A stretch of DNA of 44,775 bases from Spirochaetales bacterium (GTDB lineage Bacteria > Spirochaetota > Spirochaetia > DSM-27196 > SLST01): positions 1-44,775 of the forward strand of contig JANQQY010000172.1 of the NCBI GenBank assembly GCA_028284845.1, read 5' to 3'. The translations under genes were made by a program, and so were the position numbers. Below the pieces are notes generated by a model. It searched no databases. It was given only the letters and a program-made list of their open reading frames with translations, and was not told where the DNA came from. Below, in pieces: positions 18,821-26,991 of this stretch (positions are counted from its first letter, which is position 1; each line of letters begins with the position of its first letter).

Positions 18821-19228
18821 ATGCGACGACGGTTCATCATCTTTTTGCTCCTGACGCTGGCGGTAGTGCCGGCTTTTGCGGGCGGTCGGCAGGAGCCGGG
18901 CGCACTGATAGGTCCTGAAGAGGCGTTCGAAATGGTCCAAGCAGGGGACGCCGTTCTGGTAGATGTTCGATCAGAGGTGGCCTACCTTGAGACGCACCTC
19001 GCGGGTGCCATAAACGTTCCGCTTCAGCAGATGCAGGGCGCGGCAAGCCAACTCGAAAGCCGCGGACAGACTGCGATTACCTACTGCGCCTGCCCCGCTG
19101 AAGAGACGAGTCTCGCCGCGGCCTCCCAGCTGATCGCCGTTGGTTTCACCGACGTCCTTGTGCTGCAGGGCGGGATCAGGGACTGGGCGCTTCTGGGTCT
19201 TCCGCTTCGGTCCGGGGCTCGCCCGTAG
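18821..19228 (+). CDS. Secreted single-domain rhodanese-like protein
   Basis: ATG at 18821 after GGAGGA. Signal peptide MRRRFIIFLLLTLAVVPAFAGG. Rhodanese fold pattern ..VLVDVRSEVAYLETHLAGAINVP.. with the loop TYCACPAEETS. Confidence 0.7.
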   Translation: MRRRFIIFLLLTLAVVPAFAGGRQEPGALIGPEEAFEMVQAGDAVLVDVRSEVAYLETHLAGAINVPLQQMQGAASQLESRGQTAITYCACPAEETSLAAASQLIAVGFTDVLVLQGGIRDWALLGLPLRSGARP

Positions 19229-20132
19229 CAGCTCTCGTTTCGGTTCGAACGAACAGGAAGATAGAGACGAGAATTACCGTTGCGCCGGCGAGCGAGTGAA
19301 GCGTCGGGATCTCTCCAAAGACGATTGCCGCCAGAGCCGACGCCAACACTGGTTCGCCCAGGGTGCTCGTTGAGACAAAGGTAGGACGGACGAACCTGAG
19401 CGCCCAGCTGTAGAGGCTGTGTCCAAGTACCGTACAGAAGAGCGCGAGCGCAAGGAAGAGAGCGAACTCCCTGACCGGGTAGGGTCCGAGCGATGCGCCG
19501 GAGACGATCGCCCCAATCGAGAGGAGAATCGCTGAGACGGGGTAGACGATCATCGTGTACTCGTTGACGCTGAGCCGTTCTCGAACCACTCGTCCAATGA
19601 TGATGTAGCCGCCCACCGAGACCGCTCCAAGAAAGGCCAGAAGGTCGCCGATCGAGCTCGAGTTCGCCGTGCCTCTGTCGCCCGCCACGAGTAGAACGCT
19701 CCCCGCGACGGCGGTCAACATGAATGGAATGCTCCTCTTTCGAATCGGGTCACGAAGGAAGAGGGCGCTCGCAATGGCGACCACGATGGGGTGGGTGGAG
19801 ACGAGAACGGTGGAGTTCGCAACCGAAGTATACGAGAGCGAGGTGATCCACAGACCAAAGTGCAGTGCCAGGAAGGCACCGCTCACGGCGGAGAGTAGGA
19901 ATTCGCGCCTTCGTGGCCGTGTGTCTCTACGCTCAGATGCTCCGCCTGGTCGCAATCGACGTTCCCGCAGGTAGAGCGGCGTGACAAGCAGGACGGTGAA
20001 CACCAGTCGATAGGCCGCGATGACGAGGGGAGGTGCGGCGGAGAACCGAATCAGTATTGAAGAGAGAGATGTGAACGAGACTCCCACTGCGACGACGAGG
20101 CGTGGACGTTCTTGGAAGAAGGGAAACAGCAA
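19176..20132 (-). CDS. EamA/DMT-family transporter
   Basis: 318 aa with about 10 hydrophobic helices in two EamA-like halves. A TTG start directly abuts the cheY stop, so the start is uncertain. The 3' end overlaps the rhodanese 3' end by 53 nt. Confidence 0.7.
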   Translation of the reverse strand: MLFPFFQERPRLVVAVGVSFTSLSSILIRFSAAPPLVIAAYRLVFTVLLVTPLYLRERRLRPGGASERRDTRPRRREFLLSAVSGAFLALHFGLWITSLSYTSVANSTVLVSTHPIVVAIASALFLRDPIRKRSIPFMLTAVAGSVLLVAGDRGTANSSSIGDLLAFLGAVSVGGYIIIGRVVRERLSVNEYTMIVYPVSAILLSIGAIVSGASLGPYPVREFALFLALALFCTVLGHSLYSWALRFVRPTFVSTSTLGEPVLASALAAIVFGEIPTLHSLAGATVILVSIFLFVRTETRAATGEPRTEAEDPEAPSP

Positions 20133-20489
20133 TCAGGTAAAGAGGCGATCGATCGCCACCAGAACCCGGTCGGGTTCAAACGGCTTGATGATGAAGTCTT
20201 TCGCTCCCTTCGCGATGCAGTCGAAGACCATCTTCTTCTGGCCGACGGCACTCACAATGACGACGCGAGCATCCGCATCACGAGCGAGGATCTGCTCAAG
20301 CGCTTCTATTCCGTTCATCTGCGCCATGGTGATGTCGAGCGTGACAAAGTCCGGCGTGTACTTCTCGTAGAGCTCCACTGCCTCAAGCCCATTGGAGGCC
20401 TCAGCGACCACCTTGTACTTCGTCTCAAGAATGTCGCGGAGTCGTATCCGCATAACTGCCGCGTCGTCTACGATGAGCCCGGTAGTCAT
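20133..20489 (-). CDS. cheY: CheY-like single-domain response regulator
   Basis: 118 aa: LIVDDAAVMR.., phospho-acceptor region DFVTLDITMAQMNG, ..IVSAVGQ.. and AKDFIIKPF (conserved Lys). Confidence 0.9.
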   Translation of the reverse strand: MTTGLIVDDAAVMRIRLRDILETKYKVVAEASNGLEAVELYEKYTPDFVTLDITMAQMNGIEALEQILARDADARVVIVSAVGQKKMVFDCIAKGAKDFIIKPFEPDRVLVAIDRLFT

Positions 20490-20962
20490 CAGGAATCCCC
20501 ACCTTCCGTGAACGCGACATTGATCTCGATCGAACCGATCTCCGAAATGAAGCTGAGGCAGATCGTCGGGATCGACAGGAAGTCAACCGTCATGTCGGAA
20601 CCGCTGAACACAGCCGGTGGCGTGAGGTGAATGATCATGTCCTCGCCCGCCAGCTGGATGCTCGCCTGACCGGTTATCATGTTGGCTATCTCGCTGACCG
20701 CGCTGTTGGTGAGCTTCTTCAGCTCGGATGGAAGCTTGTTTGGAATCATTGCCTTCGTAACGGCGAAGGCGAAGTTCGAGTCCATACTGTAGACGACCTG
20801 ACCTCTGATTCCGCCTGTGATTCCTATGACAATCGATATGGGGAGACTCGGGACCGGTGCCGCCTTCTTGGTGAGGCTCTTTCTCGTCAGGTTGATCCCA
20901 ATCTCCTGAGTGAAGACGGTGGTGGCGCCTCGTATAAAGACGTTCGCGTACTCAGCTTTCAC
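20489..20962 (-). CDS. cheX: CheX/CheC-family CheY-P phosphatase
   Basis: 157 aa with a single CheC-type motif, SAVSEIANMITGQ...LTPP. Size and single site fit CheX. ATGA overlap with cheY and GTGA overlap with the kinase gene. Confidence 0.75.
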   Translation of the reverse strand: MKAEYANVFIRGATTVFTQEIGINLTRKSLTKKAAPVPSLPISIVIGITGGIRGQVVYSMDSNFAFAVTKAMIPNKLPSELKKLTNSAVSEIANMITGQASIQLAGEDMIIHLTPPAVFSGSDMTVDFLSIPTICLSFISEIGSIEINVAFTEGGDS

Positions 20963-22617
20963 TTCACTCTCCTCCGTCTCGCCCCGCGTGCCGGCACGGT
21001 GATGCGAAAGGTCGTCCCTCGTCCGGGCCGGCTCTCAACGGCGATCTTCCCACCCAGTCGCTGGACCGCCATCTGAACGGCATTGAGTCCCACACCACGC
21101 CCGGAGACCATTGTCACCTCGTCCGCAGTGCTGAACCCGGCGCTGAACAGGTATCCAAGGAGCTGCGACCTGGTCGGCTCCGTGCCGTTGGTGATCATAC
21201 CCAGTTCGCGTGCTTTCGCCTCTACCGCGGCGAACGATATCCCCCGGCCATCATCGGTGAAGCTCACCGTCAGATCGTCCTGCTCCTTGTCAATGTCGAT
21301 AGTTATCGTTCCCAGCTCAGACTTCCCTTTCATCTCCCGTTCCGCCGGGCTCTCAACGCCGTGATCAACCATGTTCCTGGCGATATGCGTCATTGAGTTC
21401 ACAAGGTCCTCGTAGTGCTCGGGAAGGACTCGGAACTCACCCCCTCGAATGGAAACGGGCTTCACTCGTCTTCCACGTCGTCCCGCCAGGTCGGCGACCA
21501 GCTGTGGAAACCGTGAGAAGAGAGACGCGAATGGGACGCTTCGTAGCTGCTCCATCGCGCGGACGAGCGCTCGATCTGATCCGTACTTTCCGCGGACGTA
21601 TTGCTCAACCTTCCGGACGCTCACCACCGGAATGCTGATGGTCGAAAGGTCGTTGATCCACTGGTCGCCAAGGGTCTCTGCAATCGCGTTGTACTCTTCG
21701 TAGAACTGCCGCTTGAAGACGAACACCTCGGAGGAGAGATCAATCTCACCCTGCAGGATAGGAAGTGCGATCAACTGATCCTCGAAGTCGTGTGCGACGG
21801 TCGCCGTGCGGGTGAATCCAAGGAAGTTCGCATTCCCCTTGAACGTATGAACCTGCGCAGCCAGCTTCTCCGCCGTCTCGTCCGGAATCGCGCTGGTGCG
21901 ATGGCTCGCCACGGCGTCCAAGACCTGGAAGAGCTCGTTCGCCTCTTCGACATAACTTGCGAAGTAGGTCTTGTTCGAAACCACCTTCAGGATCAGATCG
22001 CGTCGGCGGTTCTGCTCCGCGACCTCGGCCTCCAGGCGCTCCTGGTCTGTGATGTCGGTGAGGGCGAGCAGCACGGTCGCGTCGTCGATGGCTCGATAGT
22101 CAACGCTGATCACCCGCTCGCCAACCTCAACTCGTTTCTCGAGAAGGTCAAAGATCACGTCGGCCTTGGCATTCCCCTTGAAGAAGAGGTCGAGCCCTTC
22201 GACGAACTCCTGCCGTTCGGAATCCTCAATAAAGAGCAGGTCCGGCACTCGCCTCCCGCCTATTTCGCCTCCAAAGATCGTTTCGGCAGGCTTCGAGTAC
22301 TCCGGCTGGACAAGGTAGTCAGAGCCGAAGGTGAGGAAGCCATCGCCGGTCACATCCAGCATGCTCTGAATCGCTGAGGTGCGTTCCGCGACACGGCCTT
22401 CCAGATCGCCGGTGACGGTAACGAGTCGGTCTTCTCGAACACCAATGAGGTAGCCAACGCCGCCAAGGATCGGAATCGCGAGCGCGATGATGATAAGAAG
22501 AGGCCCAGTTGAAGCGTTAAAAGCAAAGACAAGAACTGAGGCCACGGCGGGGAACATGGCTCCAAACGCAGTCCCAAAAAGCGCGAATCGTCTGCTCTGC
22601 TTCCTGCCTTCGTTCAT
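20959..22617 (-). CDS. Membrane-anchored CheA-like histidine kinase (2 TM - PAS-like - HPt - HATPase; no CheW-like P5 domain evident)
   Basis: 552 aa. Two N-terminal TM helices (FALFGTAFGAMFPAVASVLVFAF; LLIIIALAIPILGGVGYLIGV) and a PAS-like segment. HPt motif QVHTFKGNANFLGF. CheA-type N box MTHIARNMVDHGVE, G1 TDDGRGI and G2 SGRGVGLNAV. It ends right after the ATPase domain. Confidence 0.75.
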   Translation of the reverse strand: MNEGRKQSRRFALFGTAFGAMFPAVASVLVFAFNASTGPLLIIIALAIPILGGVGYLIGVREDRLVTVTGDLEGRVAERTSAIQSMLDVTGDGFLTFGSDYLVQPEYSKPAETIFGGEIGGRRVPDLLFIEDSERQEFVEGLDLFFKGNAKADVIFDLLEKRVEVGERVISVDYRAIDDATVLLALTDITDQERLEAEVAEQNRRRDLILKVVSNKTYFASYVEEANELFQVLDAVASHRTSAIPDETAEKLAAQVHTFKGNANFLGFTRTATVAHDFEDQLIALPILQGEIDLSSEVFVFKRQFYEEYNAIAETLGDQWINDLSTISIPVVSVRKVEQYVRGKYGSDRALVRAMEQLRSVPFASLFSRFPQLVADLAGRRGRRVKPVSIRGGEFRVLPEHYEDLVNSMTHIARNMVDHGVESPAEREMKGKSELGTITIDIDKEQDDLTVSFTDDGRGISFAAVEAKARELGMITNGTEPTRSQLLGYLFSAGFSTADEVTMVSGRGVGLNAVQMAVQRLGGKIAVESRPGRGTTFRITVPARGARRRRVK

Positions 22618-22718
22618 GGCCCGTCTCTGACGCTAGTCTTCGACGATCGTAGTGTCAACGACTTTTTCCACCGGCTCGGGCCGCTGGCATGGGCCAAGCG
22701 CTTTGTATACGATCAGGC

Positions 22719-24074
22719 ATGCCTCGACAGCCAAACGTAATCCTGGTGAACTGCGACGATCTCGGCTGGGGAGATCTCGCCTGCTACGGTCACCCGCTTC
22801 ACAAGACGCCTCATCTCGACCGCCTCGCGGCTGAGGGAATGAGGTTTACCGACTTCTACATGGCCTCTCCGGTCTGCTCACCTTCTCGCGGCGGGATGCT
22901 TACCGGCTGTTATCCGCGCCGAATCGGTTTTGGCGACTTTGACGGCCAGTGGGTGCTCTTTCCGGGCCAGCCGATTGGACTCAACACGTCCGAGACGACC
23001 ATAGCCGGCATGCTCAAGGAGCAGGGGTACGCCACCAGGATCGTAGGGAAGTGGCATTGCGGCGATCAGCCTGAGTTCCTTCCAACACGTCACGGATTTG
23101 ATGGCTACTACGGGATTCCCTACAGCAACGATATGGGGCGCCAGCCCGATATGCCCGACTACCCGCCGCTCCCCCTCATGCGCGACGAGGAGGTGATGGA
23201 GGCACAGCCCGATCAGGCCGCGATCACGGCGCGCTACGTCGAAGACGCCCGGAGGTTCATGCGGGAGAAGAGAGATACGCCGTTCTTCCTCTACTTCGCG
23301 CACATGCACGTCCATCTGCCGCACTATGTTCAAGAGCGCTTCCTCAGGGAGAGCGAGAACGGACCCTACGGCGGAGCCGTTGCAGCAATCGATTGGGCGA
23401 TGGGCGTGCTCATGCACGAGTTGGAGCAGCTCGGGCTCCGTGAAGACACCATTGTGCTCTTCACTTCGGACAACGGCAGCCGAGCGGACTTTGGTCCGTC
23501 GAACGGTAATCTCCGCGGCACGAAGGGACAGACGTGGGAAGGCGGGCAGCGAGTTCCGTTGATCGCCTGGTCGCCGGGAACCATACCGGCAGGCGTGGTG
23601 CAAAGCGGCCTGACGAGCTCGATCGACCTGCTTCCCACCATCGCCGCGCTGACGGGGGCAGAGGCACCTTCGCGCGACGTGATAGACGGAGTCGACCTTT
23701 CGGATCTGCTTACCGGGCGGACGAGTGACTCAGCGCGCTCGGAGTTCTTCTACTATCACTACGATTCGATTGAGGCGGTTCGGGTTGGCGACTGGAAGCT
23801 CCATCTGCGCAAGCGCGACCAGGAGATGCGCGAGCTCTATCATCTTGGCAAGGATCCCGGTGAAACCAATGACGTCTACAGGGACGAGCCGGAGACTGTG
23901 GCAGCGCTGACGAAGCGAGTCGAAGAGATGAGAAAGGACCTTGGAGACGCCGCGACAGGCGATCCGGGCCGGGTCCGACCCGCAGGTCGAGTTGCCCAAG
24001 GGCGGACCCTGACGGAGTTCGATCCGAACCACCCCTACTACATGGCCGAGTACGACCTCATCGACCGAGGCTAA
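22719..24074 (+). CDS. Cys-type sulfatase (arylsulfatase A family), no signal peptide
   Basis: PNVILVNCDDLGWGDL.., formylglycine motif SPVCSPSRGGMLTG, later ..FTSDNG.. and GTKGQTWEGG. An alternative upstream ATG at 22689 adds 10 aa. Neither start gives a signal peptide. Confidence 0.85.
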   Translation: MPRQPNVILVNCDDLGWGDLACYGHPLHKTPHLDRLAAEGMRFTDFYMASPVCSPSRGGMLTGCYPRRIGFGDFDGQWVLFPGQPIGLNTSETTIAGMLKEQGYATRIVGKWHCGDQPEFLPTRHGFDGYYGIPYSNDMGRQPDMPDYPPLPLMRDEEVMEAQPDQAAITARYVEDARRFMREKRDTPFFLYFAHMHVHLPHYVQERFLRESENGPYGGAVAAIDWAMGVLMHELEQLGLREDTIVLFTSDNGSRADFGPSNGNLRGTKGQTWEGGQRVPLIAWSPGTIPAGVVQSGLTSSIDLLPTIAALTGAEAPSRDVIDGVDLSDLLTGRTSDSARSEFFYYHYDSIEAVRVGDWKLHLRKRDQEMRELYHLGKDPGETNDVYRDEPETVAALTKRVEEMRKDLGDAATGDPGRVRPAGRVAQGRTLTEFDPNHPYYMAEYDLIDRG

Positions 24075-24981
24075 CCTCAGGCTTCCGGGCGGAAATGATG
24101 GCGCTCTTGTGGGTTGCGGCGATCTCGACCGCGACCTCGTTGGAGATCCCGGACTCCCTGGCGAGACCCTCCAGGTGTTCAACCTTCGTGTAATTCGTCT
24201 CTTTCTCGACTTGAACATCCGTGAACCCGGCTTCTCGAAGGCCTTGCAGGAACGCTTCGCGGGGTAGGGCCCCGGCTATGCATCCGGTGAGCAGGGCGAC
24301 GTTGTCGCTGATATCCTCACTGAGTGTCCCGTCGACAACGACATCGCTTACCGTGAACCGCCCTCCAGGAGCGAGGACACGGAATGCTTCGCGGAAGACC
24401 TGAGGTTTGTCAGGCGAGAGGTTGATTACGCAGTTGGAGATGATCAGATCCGCCGTATTGTCCGCGATTGGTAGGTGTTCGATCTCGCCGAGCCGGAACT
24501 CGACGTTTGTCGCGTTCGCCTTTTTCGCATTCCTCCTCGCGAGTTCGATCATGTCGGATGTCATGTCGACCCCAATCACCCGGCCCGAGTCCCCAACGCG
24601 TGCCGCCGCGAGGAAGCAATCGATTCCTCCCCCGGAGCCGAGGTCGACAACTGTCTCGCCCTCGGAGATCGTTGCGATCGCAGTGGGGTTGCCGCAACCC
24701 AAGGCGAGGTCCGCGCCGTCGGGAAGCATTTTGAGTTCCTCGATCGAGTAGCCGAATTGAGTGCTGCCGCCGCGAGATCCGCAGCAGCTGCCGGCCGTTT
24801 CCTCACGCGAATCTGCAATGCTCACGACTTGGGACCCGCCGCACCACGAGCTCGCCTGCTCCATGTCCTGCTTCTCCGCGCTGCCGCCGCAGCATTCCGC
24901 AGAAGCGTCTGCGATTTCCGACTCAGCTGCGCGGGCCGCGGCACCGTATCGTGCCCGAACTTCCTCATGAACCGAACCCAT
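24058..24981 (-). CDS. arsM: Arsenite S-adenosylmethionine methyltransferase
   Basis: VRARYGAAA.. N-terminus with a Cys-rich segment (ECCGGS..WCGGS..SCCGS), conserved ..LALGCGNP.. and SAM motif VVDLGSGGGIDCF. ATG at 24981 is preceded by AAGGAG, which overlaps the upstream TAA. The track start at 24987 is GTG. Confidence 0.85.
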   Translation of the reverse strand: MGSVHEEVRARYGAAARAAESEIADASAECCGGSAEKQDMEQASSWCGGSQVVSIADSREETAGSCCGSRGGSTQFGYSIEELKMLPDGADLALGCGNPTAIATISEGETVVDLGSGGGIDCFLAAARVGDSGRVIGVDMTSDMIELARRNAKKANATNVEFRLGEIEHLPIADNTADLIISNCVINLSPDKPQVFREAFRVLAPGGRFTVSDVVVDGTLSEDISDNVALLTGCIAGALPREAFLQGLREAGFTDVQVEKETNYTKVEHLEGLARESGISNEVAVEIAATHKSAIISARKPEVSLGR

Positions 24982-24990
24982 ATTCACTCC

Positions 24991-25224
24991 TTATCTCTCT
25001 GAAGCTCTCGTTTCCGAGCGTGCGTCCACAACCTCTCGTACTCGCTCCTCCAGTGCCCCCACCGGCATCAACGTGATGCAGCAGGGAGTTCCGCCGTGGA
25101 GTTTCACGGCCACCGCGAGCTTTGAACCCGCTTCAAGGCCGAGCGCTCGTCGAGCCGCCTTTGGCAGAACGATCTGTCCGCGAGCATCGACCGATGCGAT
25201 TGCTTCAATTTCATACTGATCCAC
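24991..25224 (-). CDS. SpoVT/AbrB-domain DNA-binding protein with vicinal cysteine pair
   Basis: 77 aa. VDARGQIVLPKAARRALGLEAGSKLAV is the swapped-hairpin AbrB/MazE signature, followed by ..GGTPCCITLMP... GTG start with no SD. Confidence 0.65.
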   Translation of the reverse strand: MDQYEIEAIASVDARGQIVLPKAARRALGLEAGSKLAVAVKLHGGTPCCITLMPVGALEERVREVVDARSETRASER

Positions 25225-25230
25225 GTAGTC

Positions 25231-25259
25231 AGTATATTCAGATTATTCAGAAAAGTCAA
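25231..25259 (-). promoter_or_regulatory. Near-consensus sigma70-type promoter of the abrB-like/arsM operon
   Basis: On the minus strand: TTGACT (25259-25254), 17-nt spacer, TATACT (25236-25231). The GTG start codon lies 6 nt downstream of the -10. The spacer holds the direct repeat TCTGAATA-ATCTGAATA (plus strand TATTCAGATTATTCAGA). Confidence 0.6.
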
Positions 25260-25343
25260 AATAATTGGATGCTGCGACATCCTCCCGAGCCGTTCTGTTC
25301 ACGCCGGGAGAACGGGTAAGTGCTTTCTTTGTTGGCGTGACGA

Positions 25344-26510
25344 CTACGAGATGGTTGCCAATGCCTGGTCGACGTCGTTGATGATGTCTGCGATCTCTTC
25401 AAGGCCGACGGAGAGGCGGATCGTGCCTGGCGTGATTCCCACGAGGGCGCGCTCGTCTTCAGTCAGGCGAGAGTGAGTCGTGGTCGCCGGATGGGTCGCG
25501 ATGCTTCTCGTGTCCCCAAGGTTCGATGACCTGGTGACCATGGAGAGGGCGTTCAGAAAGGCCATTCCGCCTTCGACGCCGCCGGCAACCTCGAATGTGA
25601 CCAGACCGCCACCCATCGACATCTGTCGCTTTGCCAGCTCGTGCTGAGGATGACTCTCCAGGAAGGGGTAGCGAACCCACGTGACCCGAGAATCGCTCTG
25701 GAGGTGAGTGGCGAGTTCCATCGCATTTGAACAGTGCCGGTCGAGCCGGACCGAGAGTGTCTCAAGGCTCTTCGACAGGACCCACGCATTGAACGGGGAG
25801 AGAGCCGGACCGGTCTGGCGCGTGAAGAAGCGCAATTCATTGATCAGCGACCGATCACCAAGAATCGCACCTCCCAGCGTTCGGCCCTGGCCATCAATGA
25901 ATTTGGTGGCCGAGTGAGTGACGATGTGCGCCCCAAGCTCGATTGGTCGTTGGATGAGTGGTGTCGCAAAACAGTTGTCGACGCTCAGAATCACATCCAT
26001 CTCTCGGGCAATCTCGGCGAGCGCGGCAATGTCTATCAGTTCAAGGCCGGGATTGCTCGGCGTCTCGGCGAAGTAGAGGCGCGTCTCCGGCTTCGTCGCG
26101 GATTTCCATTCGTCGAGGTCTTTGGGGTCAACAAGCGTTGTGGTCACGCCCCATCTTGGGAGGATCGTGTTCATGATCGCGAGCGTTGATCCAAAGAGCG
26201 CCCGCGATGCCACGATGTGATCCCCGGAACGCACGAGGCCCGCGATCGAGGCGAACATCGCGGCCATCCCGGTCGCCGTGGCAAGCCCGTCTTCCGCTCC
26301 CTCGAGGGCGCAGAGCTTATCTACAAACTCGTCTGTGTTCGGGTTGCCGTAACGCGAATAGATGAGTCCTTCTTCCTGGCCGGTGAAGAGGTCGCGAGCC
26401 TGTTCGGCGGAGTCAAAGACGAAGCTCGATGTCATAAAGATCGGGACGCTGTGCTCCCGGTGAGGACCTCGTTCAGCTTGTCTGCGAATCGACTCGGAGT
26501 CGCGCTTCAT
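25344..26510 (-). CDS. PLP-dependent O-acyl-homoserine sulfhydrylase / cystathionine gamma-synthase family (MetZ/MetY-like)
   Basis: 388 aa: ..HSVPIFMTSSFVF..YSRYGNPN.., PLP-lysine motif HSATKFIDGQG, C-terminal ..LRLSVGLEE.. Confidence 0.85.
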   Translation of the reverse strand: MKRDSESIRRQAERGPHREHSVPIFMTSSFVFDSAEQARDLFTGQEEGLIYSRYGNPNTDEFVDKLCALEGAEDGLATATGMAAMFASIAGLVRSGDHIVASRALFGSTLAIMNTILPRWGVTTTLVDPKDLDEWKSATKPETRLYFAETPSNPGLELIDIAALAEIAREMDVILSVDNCFATPLIQRPIELGAHIVTHSATKFIDGQGRTLGGAILGDRSLINELRFFTRQTGPALSPFNAWVLSKSLETLSVRLDRHCSNAMELATHLQSDSRVTWVRYPFLESHPQHELAKRQMSMGGGLVTFEVAGGVEGGMAFLNALSMVTRSSNLGDTRSIATHPATTTHSRLTEDERALVGITPGTIRLSVGLEEIADIINDVDQALATIS

Positions 26511-26929
26511 GAACGCTCCGGGTTGACGGCAAAATCAAAGGTGATGTCAACGCTCTGCTTTAACATCTCGCCGACGGAGCAGTACTTGGTTACCGCGAGT
26601 TCCACCGCTCGCGCCGCCTTCCCCTCGTCGATCTCTCCAAAGAGATCGTAGTGGAGGTGGATCGCGCTGAATGGAGAGGGGACGGTATCGGGGCGTTCCC
26701 CGGTGACGGTGATCTCGAAGTGATCAAGGCGCTGCCGCTGCTTCTCCAAGATGAGCACGAGATCGGTCGATGTGCAGCTGCCAAGGGCCGCGAGAACGAG
26801 TTGCATGGGACGGAAGCCCTTGCCTTCGCCGCCGTTCTTTTCAGGCCCGTCGGTGTGAACGGTATTGCCAAGTCCGTTCTCAGCCTCCAGATGGACCGCC
26901 TTGTTGACACGCTTTAGTGTGACCTTCAT
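26507..26929 (-). CDS. OsmC/Ohr-family peroxiredoxin-like protein
   Basis: 140 aa: ..PMQLVLAALGSCTSTDLVLIL.. and ..AVELAVTKYCSVGEML.. (the two conserved Cys). ATGA overlap with the sulfhydrylase gene. Confidence 0.8.
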   Translation of the reverse strand: MKVTLKRVNKAVHLEAENGLGNTVHTDGPEKNGGEGKGFRPMQLVLAALGSCTSTDLVLILEKQRQRLDHFEITVTGERPDTVPSPFSAIHLHYDLFGEIDEGKAARAVELAVTKYCSVGEMLKQSVDITFDFAVNPERS

Positions 26930-26991
26930 CGGAACTCCTGCGAGCCATCCTCTGGGTTTGCACCCATGCGGTCAAGGCATATGTTGTACGC

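Noticed and set aside
21601-22377. 258-aa plus-strand ORF
   Set aside because: Antisense to the CheA-like kinase gene, a shadow ORF.
22878-23603. 241-aa minus-strand ORF
   Set aside because: Antisense to the sulfatase gene, a shadow ORF.
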